A model generated the notes under the pieces. It made no database searches, was not told where the DNA came from, and saw nothing but the letters and a program-made list of their open reading frames with translations. A DNA stretch of 64,000 nt from Chiloscyllium plagiosum (Eukaryota): contig NC_057726.1 in assembly GCF_004010195.1 (NCBI RefSeq), positions 60,842,070 to 60,906,069 of the forward strand. Direction: 5' to 3'. Positions 54,336 to 64,000 of this stretch are shown piece by piece. How positions within the stretch are numbered: position 1 is the first letter of the stretch; every line of letters begins with the position of its first letter. A program made the position numbers and the translations under genes.

Positions 54336-55784
54336 AACATTGAGCAAATGTATTCTATGGTTCTTTTGTCAAAGAAAACGAACTCCTTAGTTTGTGTTTT
54401 CTGTATCACCCAAGTTTGATGTGGTTTTAAATTGGTCGTGATTTGAACTAAAGTACCCTGAGTTTTGACCATTTTGGATATCTCTAGTTACAGTAAATAT
54501 CATGGGTTTTTAAAAATAAGCTCGATATTCTGTGCTCTATGAATCTCTGGCAATGGGAATTGAATAAGAGAGCAAGAGTAAGTCTATAGAAAGAAAGCCC
54601 TTTTAAAGACTGCTTCATTATGCATATATAGCATGTCAGTAATTATTTTACGATGACATTACCAAGCATATGACCCAACCTGTATCATTTTCTCAGCATC
54701 TCTGATGCTAGGAACAAACATATATCTTATGTCTCCATAACAGATCTGTTTACCTCCCATCTTTCTTTCCAAGATCTGGTTATGAGCTGCAGATTCTTCC
54801 TTGTTTTACCAACCTTGTTAATAGAATGATTATTGCTTTTTACTGGCCCCGCAAGTTCCTGCTGCATAATCTTTCAAGCAAGTTGTCATGAGTTTGGTCT
54901 GACAGATTCATCTTTTATGGGTGATTGCTGTGCTATTGCTGGTTCCTGACTGTCCTTTAGTATAGTAACATAAAATTGAAGATAAACATTTTTGGATTTG
55001 CTACAATCATCTGGTAAGAAGACCTGATCTAAAATCTAACCAAAAGTAAGCTGATACTTCCTGTTGTGCTGTTTCCCATTAGTCAGCGACAGCCTTAGGT
55101 GCTTCAAAGAAATTTTCCTTATTATTTTAAAATGAAATCAGTAAGAGGATTAACATTAAGATAACATTAGGATAACTGTTTAAAGAAGCATTTTATTGTA
55201 GATTTCATTAGGCGTTTTGCTTGTGATTTTTAAAAATGTCCATCTGTCTCAATAGCTAATCGATACATTGTATGTGCTGAAATGCAGCATGTACTTTCAT
55301 CTATGAGTAATTTTACAAATATTCAAATAAATTGCTTTCTTTTTGAAAGAAACTTATTTAGATGACGAAAGTTTCAGGAATACTCTCCATGTTGGCTGAT
55401 ATAAAAATCAGTGTAGTAAGAGTCTGTGTGCTCTCAACACTTGCATCAGAGAGCTGCTCTAATTTCTAGTCTGAAATGGTTAGTCATTTTAAACATGACA
55501 CTGAAGGATAGAATGGAGATGGTAATGCGCAGGAGACAAATAATAGTAATTTTGGCTGAAGTAAGATTAGAAAGTGAAATCAGCTGCTGAAAGTGATGCA
55601 TGAGAATAGCAAAAAGCTAAGGGAAAACTTTGTGGGACAGAGAGAATGGGTTAGTGATTGAACTGTGGGGAGGAAATGTTTTACTCTGCTTGTCTCCACA
55701 GATGCTACCAGACCTGCTGAGTTTTTCCAATTTCCAGCGTCCAGAGTTTTTTTTGGTTAAATGAAAACACCTTCAGGAGTATTT

Positions 55785-56525
55785 AGACAAATTTGGTGAA
55801 TGGAGAAGAACATGGCAGAAGGAAGGTTGTTTGGAAAAATGTGAAGTTATCCGCTTGTATGGAGAAATGGATGCACAATATTTCTTTAGTAAGAAGGTGG
55901 AAAGTGTCGATGTACAAAGGTGTCCTTGTCAATAACTCACTGACTGCTAACATGCAGGTGCAGCATGCTATTGATGGGATATTAGCCTTTATCATAAGAG
56001 GATTTGTGTACAAAAGTAGTGAAGTGTTGCATCAATTGTCTAGGAGCTTGGTCTGGTTGCACTTTTTGCAATTTTTGACTCTATCTCAGGAAAGATTATT
56101 ATGCCATAGAAGGTGGTACAGTGAAGGTTTAACAGACTTGCTTCTGGGATGTTGGGACTATTCTATGAAGATAGATTGGGTCTGTTTTTCTCTAGAGTTT
56201 AGAAGAATAAGAGGTGATCTCATTACAACCTACAAAATACTTAAAATGGATATTCAAGATAGGTGCAGATGTTTCTCCTGGTTAGAAAGTCTAGAACCTG
56301 GGGTACAGTTTAAAAATAAGGGGAATGCCACTGTTATTAAAGGTCTGTTTTCGTGCTGTACAACTCCGACTATAGAGCAAGCTTAGTCTTTGAGACTGTG
56401 TAAGATAGATGTCGTTTTCTTTTTATCATCAAGGGTTATGGAATAGGGGGAGTAAAAGATGTTGAGGTAATGAATCAGCCACGATGATAGTGAATGGGGC
56501 AGGCTCGACGGGCTAAATGGCCTGC
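55785..56525 (+). mobile_element. Decayed CR1 LINE 3' fragment
   Basis: ILAFIIRGFVYKSSEV and FSLEFRRIRGDLITTYKILK. Confidence 0.8.
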
Positions 56526-56559
56526 CCTTGGGTTCATCTTTCCAAGAGAGAGGAAGTTT

Positions 56560-57230
56560 TTTTATTACCCTAGCAACAAAAATGAGCGGTGTTTGGTTGT
56601 CGAGGAGGCTTTTGCCTTTTTGAATCTAGGCTGATAAGCATGTCTGACATCTATGTCCATGATTGCGTGTTTAGTTCAGATTTATCATTTGGCAGCGTAT
56701 TATTTTGTTCAGCAAGGGGTGTCGAGGGCTCCTCCTTCCGTGTGGGGGACGGTTATGGGTCTATGTATGTATTATTTATTATCTATTTTGTACAAGTTTT
56801 CTTGAAGTTTAACTTCCACGAATGACCATGGAGTTTTCCGGATCTCAGCTCGAACGGTTGCTAGGATGGCAGGCAGCGTTGCCTAGTGACAGCTGACGCA
56901 TGTTTCGGTCTCCATGGAAATTAGCCGCCGGCCGCGTTACGCCCGGTGTACACGCGCGGCTTGTTTCCATGGCTGCCCGGTCAGACGCTCTCCTCGAGCT
57001 CGTGCGCGCACCTTGTTCTCGGGTCCGCATAAAGGTGCAAATAAGCTTCCCTGGGTTTTAGTCCTACTTGAACGAAATACAAAAGGAGAACTCTGGCCGA
57101 AGGTCACTATTGTGTTTCTCTTTTCCCACAGCTACTCGCAGGGCGCCTCTGGTATTTTCTGTCCTTGGTCAGACGACATTGAGCAGCGTGCAGTTCTCTG
57201 ATACGAAAAGGTTGTTGAGGCATCGGAGGA
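56560..57230. promoter_or_regulatory. CpG-rich putative promoter with clustered RFX X-box-like motifs
   Basis: The only CpG-dense unique segment in the window. X-box-like sites: ATTACCCTAGCAAC (56564-56577), GTTGCTAGG (56857), GTTGCCTAGTGAC (56878-56890), GTCTCCATGGAAAT (56908-56921), GTTTCCATGGCTGC (56963-56976). CRE half-site TGACGCA at 56894. Confidence 0.65.
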
Positions 57231-57264
57231 GGTGGGAAAACCAGTTTCAAAGGGAGTGTTACCA

Positions 57265-57720
57265 CCTTGTGGGTGGTTCAGTGTTCAGCACTCTTGCCTC
57301 AGGACCAAGGACCCAAGTTCGATTCCAGCCTTTGGTGATTGTGGTTTCCCTCCCACAGCCCAAACATGCCCAGGTTTGGTGGATTGGCCATGGTAAATTG
57401 CCCAATTCTCCAAGGTTACCAGAGAGGGTTAGGGGTTGGAGCTGGGCAGTTAGGTGTGGATTTGATGGCCCAAATGGCCTGCTTCCACAGCAAAGGAGAT
57501 TAGGCTTATGCTCCATATTGTAGAAAAAAGAACGTTGCGATTAGATTAGATTCCCTAGTGTGAAAACAGGCCCTTCGGCCCAACCAGTCCACACCAACTC
57601 TCTGGACAGTAACCCACCCAGACCCACTTCCCTCTGACTAATGCACCTAACACTATGGGCAATTTAGCATGGCCAATTTCACCTGACCTGCACATCTTTG
57701 GACTGTGGGAGGAAACCAGA
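57265..57720. mobile_element. Two tail-to-tail HE1-type SINE fragments (+ about 57265-57490, - about 57541-57720)
   Basis: Homology to the 41207 copy in opposite orientations. Confidence 0.75.
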
Positions 57721-57772
57721 GTCTGAGAAAGATCCATGACAAGGAGCCATAGTACAATTGGAGTTGATACCT

Positions 57773-58612
57773 TAGAATCATAGAGATGTACCACATGGAG
57801 ACAGATCCTTCGGTCCCACTCGTCCATGCTAAGTACCAGATATTCTAAATTAATCTAGTCCCAATGGCCAGCTCTTGGCCTATATCCCTCCCTATACAAG
57901 TACCCATCCAGATGCCTTTTAAATTCTATAATATTACCAGCCTCCACCACTTCCTCTGTCAGCTCATGTCATCATACACGCAACCACCCATTTTCTGAAA
58001 AAAGCGACCTAAGGGGCAACTTTAAATCTTTTCTCTCTCACCCTAAACTTAGGCCCTCTGATTTTGGACTCTTTCCCCGCTCCCCCCCCCCCCACCCAAC
58101 CCAGGGAAAAGACCTTGTCTGTTTATCTTATCCATGCCCCTCATGATTTTATAAACCGAAACAAGGTCACCCTGCAGCCTCTGACACTCCAGGGTAAACA
58201 GCCTGGCCTATTCAGCCTCTTTCTTTCACTCAACCTCTGCAACCCTGGCAACATCCTTGTAAATCTTTTCTGAACCCTTTCAAGTTTCACAGCATCCTTC
58301 CTACAGGAGAGAGATCAGAATTGTGCACAATATTCCAAAGTGGCCTATTCCAAAAGTACAGCCACAACATGTCCTCCCAACTCCTATACTTCATGCTCTG
58401 ATCAGTAAAGTTTACTAAACACTACTTTCACTATTCTATTTACCTGTGACTCCACTTTCAAGGAACTGTGAACCTGCACTCCTTGGTCTCTTTGTTCTTC
58501 AACACGTGCCAGAATCTTACCATTAAGGGTATAAGTCCTGTGCTGATTTGCCTTTCCAAAATGCAGCACATCACATTTATCTAAATTAAACTCCATCTGT
58601 CACTCATTGGCC
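57773..58612 (-). mobile_element. CR1/HER1 LINE 3' fragment
   Basis: MEFNLDKCDVLHFGKAN...QRDQGVQVHSSLK and the CR1 3' UTR. Confidence 0.88.
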
Positions 58613-58614
58613 CT

Positions 58615-59560
58615 TGCAGTCATACATGGCACAAAGCTAAACGGTTGTGGTTGTTGGAGATCTGTCTTTCAGCCCCAGGACGTTACTGAAGGAGTTTCTC
58701 AGGATAGTGTCCCAGTGTTTTCAACTACCTCAAACCTTCCTTCCTTCAAAGATTATAAGTGGGAATGCACGCTGATTGTGCTATACTCAGTCATCAGGTA
58801 TTGAAGCAATTTGTAGCAAAGCTTATCAACTCCCATCTGGATGTTGTTTAAGTAACAATGATATTCATACCCACAAGTGCCAGGCAATGACCATCTCCAA
58901 TGAAAGAGAATCTAGTCATCATTCCACTGACATTCAAAAGCACTACCATTGCTGAAGCCCACACTATCAACATCCTGGAGTTACCATTGACCAGAAGCTG
59001 AAGTAGATCAGCCATAAAAATACTGTGGCTGCAAGATCAGGTCAGAGACCAATAATTCTGCAACAAGTAACTCTTCTAACTCCTACCATCTACAGGCACA
59101 AGCCTGGAATGTAATGGAATATTCTCCACTGACCTGGGTGCATCTCCAACAATACTCTAGAAATTTGACAACATCTAGGATAAAGCAGCTAGCTTGATTG
59201 GCATGCAATCCGCCACCTTGAGCATTCATTCCTTCACTAAAGACAGTTTGCGCTATCATTGCAGTGTCGATGCACTGCTGTAACTCACCAAGGCGTTCAA
59301 CGGTGTCTTCCAAACCCACAACCTTTTGCACCTCAAAGAATGGAGGCTGCAGATACATGGGAACACCACTACCTACAATTTCTCCTTACAATACCCTAAC
59401 TTAGATTTATATTGTTGCTCTTTCATAGTTTCAGGGTCACACCCCGAAATTCCCTTCAAAACAGCATTCTGGATGTTGTTATACCACACGGATTGCAGCA
59501 GTTCAAAAAAGCAGCTCTGCAACACTTCCAGGATATTTGCAGTTGGGCAATAAATGTTTG
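58615..59560 (+). mobile_element. Decayed non-LTR retrotransposon 3' fragment (second family)
   Basis: Reads KCQAMTIS...INILELPL/GVTIDQKL (RT thumb-like). The 3' end gggcaataaatg matches the 7080 copy. Confidence 0.65.
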
Positions 59561-60277
59561 AGTGTGCAATTAACAAATGAAAAAGAAACTATGCTTGTTG
59601 ACATCAATAAACATATGCATTAGTAGTGCAGTGATATATTTCATAAAAGTAAAAAGTATATAATTTTAAGGTGTGTGTATGGAGTCACAGAAGTATTAAA
59701 CAATTTGAAAAATTGGCACACAGGCCCTCGGCAGTTATCATCAATGCATTGGTGCCAGCAAATGGATCCGTTTAATATAAAAAAGTTGCTAAACTTTTGC
59801 AATTAAGTGGATAGGGAATGAATTACAGGGGGTCTGTAAATGAGTGGAGAAAAGATAAGTAGCCTTCCTCGTCCTCCTTGATCTTGTGTGGGTCAATTCA
59901 ACCAATGAAGACAAATCATGTTCTCTTATCCTATTTTTAAAAGTGTCGATAGCAAGACCAACACTTGTTGCTCATTGCTTATCCCTAACAGCCCTTGAGA
60001 AGGGTAAAGTTAGCTTACACCTGGACATCATATAACCACAGCAGTGAGGAAGGGAGTTTCAGCATTTAGGCCCCATGACAGTGAAGGGAATATTAATTTC
60101 AATATGAGCAAGTGCGAGGTCTTGAACTTTGGAAAAAAGAATACAGGCATGGAGTTTTTTTTTAATAAGGTGAAAAAATTCATAAAGCCAAAGTGCAAAG
60201 GGATCTGGGAGTGTTAGTCCAGGATTCTCTAAAGGTTGATTTGCAGGTTGAGTCCGTGATTAAGAAAGCAAATGTAA

Positions 60278-60962
60278 TTAGATTAGATTAGACTACTTAG
60301 TGTGGAAACAGGCCCTTCGGCCCAACAAGTCAACAATGACCCGCCGAAGTGCAACCCACCCATACATTTACCCCTTCACCTAACACTAGGGGCAATTTAG
60401 CATAGCCAATTCACCTGATCGTCACATCTTTGGACTGTGGGAGGAAACCGGAGCAAACCCACACAGACATGGGGAGAATGTGCAAACTCCACACAGTCAG
60501 TCGCCTGAGGCGGGAATTGAACCTGGGTCTCTGGCGCTATGAGGCAGCAGTGCTAACTAGTGGTGCCCACCATTGATTACCTATAGTGTGGAAACTGGCC
60601 CTTCGGCCCAACTCCACACAGTCAGTCGCCTGAGGCGGGAATTGAACCTGGGTCTCTGGCGCTATGAGGCAGCAGTGCTAACCACTGTGGTGCCCACCAT
60701 TGATTACCTATAGTGTGGAAACTGGCCCTTCGGCCCAACAAGTCCACGCTGACCCTCCGAAGAGTAACCCACCCAGACCCATTTCCTTCTGATGAATACA
60801 CCATGGCTAATCCACCCTAACCTGCACATCTTCAGACTGTGGGAGGAAAACAGACACAGACACAGGGAGAATGTGAAAACTCCACACAGACAGTCAGCCA
60901 AGCTGGAATTGAAGTCATGACCCTGATGCTGTGAGGCAGCAATGCTAACCACCATGCCACCA
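60278..60962 (-). mobile_element. Tandem HE1-type SINEs with a duplicated junction, inserted in a CR1
   Basis: Two minus-strand SINEs; 60485-60609 is repeated at 60610-60736. Confidence 0.88.
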
Positions 60963-60964
60963 AT

Positions 60965-61555
60965 TATCTTGAGGGTTGGAATATAAAAGCAGTGATGTGC
61001 TTCTGAGACTTTATAAACCTCCAGTTAGGCCCCATTTAGAATACTGTGTCCAATTTTGGGCCCCATACCTCAGGAAGGACATACTGGCACTGGAGTGTGT
61101 CCAGCAGAGATTCACATGGATGATTCCTGGAATGGCAGGCCTACATATGATGACCGGCTGAGGATCCTGGGATTGTATTCATTACAGTTTAGAAGATTGA
61201 GGGGATGTCTAATAGAAACTTACAAGATAATGCATGGCTTCGAAAGGGTGGATGCTGGGAAGTTGTTTCTGTTAGGCGGTGAGACTAGGACCCGTGGGCA
61301 CAGCCTTAAAATTAGAGGGGGTCAATTTAGAACGAGATGAGACATTTCTTCAGCCTGAGAATGGTGGGCCTGTGGAATTCATTGCCACAGAGCACAGTGG
61401 AGGCCTGGACGTTGGGTGTCTTCAAGGCAGAGATTGGTAAATTCTAGATCTTGCAAGGAATTAAGGGCAACACCCATCAGTCATGATTAAGTGGTGGAGT
61501 GGACTCAATGGGCCAAATGGCCTTGCTTCCACTCCTATATCTTATGGTCTTATGA
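60965..61555 (+). mobile_element. CR1 LINE 3' fragment (continues 60095-60277)
   Basis: VRPHLEYCVQFWAPYLRKD and LYSLQFRRLRGCLIETYK, with a (cttat)-type tail. Confidence 0.9.
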
Positions 61556-62021
61556 TTATGAGGTTTTGAGAGATACTTGCGTCTGCTACCCTTGTCCGTC
61601 TCAATGAAGAGAGCTTGGTGAATTGTTGCAGTTTATGATATACACAGTTGCCACTCATTGTTGAAGGTTTAATGTGAGAAATGAGCCAATTAAGCAGTCC
61701 ACTTTTGTCCTCTGTGTTGAGACTTTTGAGTGTTTTTTGAGCTGCATTGATCCAGGCAAGTTATTATTTCACATTTCTGATATATGCCTTATCACAGGTT
61801 TTAGGGAGTTAGGAGGTGCATTATTCACTGTAGAATTCCTAGCTTCTTGTAACCACATGTACATGGCTGTTCCAGTTCAGTTTCTGATCAATAATAACCT
61901 TCAGGGTGTTAACAAGAGTCTTGGTGATTGTAATACCATTTAGTATTAAGGGGAAATGGTTACATTCTCATTGGAGATGGTCATTGCCATCATTCACGAC
62001 TCGATTTGCCAAGAATGCTGA

Positions 62022-62690
62022 TAGAGTCAGAGTTATACAGCATGGAAACAGACCTTTTGGTCCAACTTGTCCATGCTGACCAGATATCCTAAATTGATCT
62101 AGTCCCATTTGTGTCAGCATTTGGCCCATATTCCACTAAACCCTATCTATTCTTGTACCCGTCCAGATGCCTTTTAAATGTTAAAAATCACACAACACCA
62201 GGTTATTGTCCAACAGGTCTATTTGGAACCACTAGCTTTCGAAGCGCTGCTTCTTCACCACCTGATGAAGAAGCAGAGCTCCAAAAGCCAGTGCTTCCAA
62301 ATAAACCTTTGGACTATATCCTGATGTTTAGTGATTTTTAATTTTGTCCATCCATTCCAACACCGGCACCTCCAAATCATGACTTTTAAATGTTGTCATT
62401 GTACCCACTGCCAATACTTCCTCTGGCAGCTCATTCCATACACGTGCCACCATCTCATGAAAAAGTTGTCCCTTAGGTCACTTGTAAATCACCCCCCCCC
62501 CCCCCCCCACCTTAAACCTATGCTGTCTAGTTTTTAATTCCTGTACCCTGGGAAAAAAGACTTTTGCTATACATCCTATCCATCCCCATCATGAGTTTCT
62601 AAACCTCTATAACACCCCACAGCCTCCAATGCTCCAGAGAGAAAAAAAGCCATAGCCAATTCAGCCTCTACCTATAGCTCAGATCCTCCA
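62022..62690 (-). mobile_element. CR1/HER1 3' fragment containing a PLE palindrome
   Basis: Homologous to 27910-28350. Confidence 0.82.
62183..62382. mobile_element. Palindromic PLE family C insertion with 12 bp TSD
   Basis: CTTTTAAATGTT occurs at 62171-62182 and 62383-62394. The arms meet at back-to-back decayed hammerhead motifs (62230-62293). Confidence 0.82.
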
Positions 62691-62989
62691 ATTGCTCTTT
62701 GATTAAAGAATGTAGATTGACATGCATTTCCTTACAATAGTCCTTTTGTGGGATGAAACAGGAGGAACACCAATTATCTGATGTTTGTGAGTCAGATTTC
62801 TTTTCAATATCTGAAGTTAAACAAAACTTTTAGTTAAAATGAAGGGCATCACTTTGAAAAGAAAAGTAGCATAGCACCCAAGTAATCAGTGCACTTATTA
62901 GAGAATCTGGCAGTCACAGGTAAGGAACCATATAAGTCTGTCATTTATTTGATTAGAGTTGGACCAGTAGCTAAGCTGGTTTTGAATCA

Positions 62990-63313
62990 GAGAAGTAAGG
63001 AAGGGAATGCCGCACACCACCTGCAGTCCAAGTACATCTTGTATCTATTACATACAGCATCATTAGAATTCTTGTCTAGAAGGCATCAATGATTTTGAAG
63101 GTTAGTAAGCTTTGAGAAGATTTGTAGCTCAGGTTGAGGTTCTGGATATAGGTGAGAAGTAAGGAAGGGAATGCCGCACACCACCTGCAGTCCAAGTACA
63201 TCTTGTATCTATTACATACAGCATCATTAGAATTCTTGTCCAGAAGGCATCAATGATTTTGATAGTAAGTTTTGAGAAGATTTGTAGCTCAGGTTGAGGT
63301 TCTGGATATAGGT
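62990..63313. repeat. Tandem duplication of about 160 bp (unique flank plus PLE terminus)
   Basis: 62990-63153 versus 63154-63313, with few differences. Confidence 0.92.
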
Positions 63314-64000
63314 TTGCTCACTGAGCTGGAAGGTTTGTTTTCAGACGTTTCGTTACCATACTAGGTAACATCATCAGTGAGCCTCTGGATGAAGCCGGGT
63401 GAAGGAAAATCACCTATACAGTGTATTCAAAAAGAATGGGTACCCAATGAACATAGTCTGCTGATTTCTCAACAGCAGACAAAACACATCCAGAAACCCT
63501 AGCCACTCTTCCCTTATATCAAAGACATCTTAGAAATGACTGCCAGACTACTCAGACCTCTTGGCATCATGGTAGCCCACAAACCTAAAACAGCAGCTAA
63601 TGAACTTGAAAGACCCTATACAGACAACTAGCAAAATTAATGTCATTTACAAAATACTGTGCAAGAACTGTGACAAACACTACATTGCACAAACAGGCAG
63701 AAAACTAGCCACCAGGATACGTGAACATCAACTAGTCACAAAAAGACATGTCCCACTCTCACGAGTATCTTTACATGCAGATGAGGAAGGACACCACTTC
63801 GACTGGGACAACATATCCATCCTAGGACAAGCCAAACAGAGACACGCATGAGAATTTCTAGAAGTATGGCATTCCAAATGGAACTCTATCAACAAACATA
63901 CTGACTTGGATCCCATTTACCACCCCCTGAGAAAAAGAACAGGAAATGACATCACCAATCCAAGGAAACCTAAACATATAAATAGGAAGCGGGCCATGCC
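63265..64000. mobile_element. PLE family B: minus-strand terminal arm followed by a + strand GIY-YIG 3' region (runs off the window)
   Basis: ORF 63600-63851 NVIYKILCKNCDKHYIAQTGRKLATRIREH is a GIY-YIG endonuclease motif. Confidence 0.88.
63341..63380 (-). ncRNA. Minimal type-I hammerhead ribozyme motif, intact
   Basis: Reverse complement: tca-CTGATGA-T-GTTACC tagtat GGTAAC-GAAA-CG-TC-tga; stems I and II are perfect. Confidence 0.8.

Noticed and set aside
55760-55780. atgaaaacaccttcagg resembling the CFAP20 start (MFKNTFQ)
   Set aside because: The frame does not give the CFAP20 sequence and it runs into a CR1 fragment.
56914-57201. 95 aa Arg-rich ORF in the CpG patch
   Set aside because: No recognisable homology. 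The ATGs lie inside X-box palindromes and the Arg bias follows from CpG content.
60485-63313. CRISPR-like or satellite array from the tandem repeats
   Set aside because: These are only two-unit duplications with no spacers, in a eukaryotic context.

Overview
Vertebrate genomic DNA, almost certainly from an elasmobranch: it carries HE1-type V-SINEs, HER1/CR1 LINEs and DeuSINE relics (the taxon is inferred from the repeats). The window holds 10 coding exons of casein kinase II alpha-prime (CSNK2A2) on the + strand, 11042-52227, all with GT-AG boundaries and an open frame. The first coding exon lies upstream of the window. The introns are full of decayed CR1/L2-type LINEs, SINEs, two Tigger-like MITEs and at least three families of Penelope-like elements (PLEs). 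The most striking non-genic signal is a set of minimal type-I hammerhead ribozyme motifs (CUGANGA-stem II-GAAA-palindromic loop-UH) at PLE termini. Several sit in inverted-repeat insertions with 8-15 bp target-site duplications and a recurring 30-40 nt one-sided tail. Downstream of the gene, a CpG-rich patch with clustered RFX X-box motifs (56.5-57.2 kb) looks like the promoter of an unidentified, possibly ciliary, gene. There is one assembly gap (46781-47089). Repeat boundaries are approximate and were read by eye.
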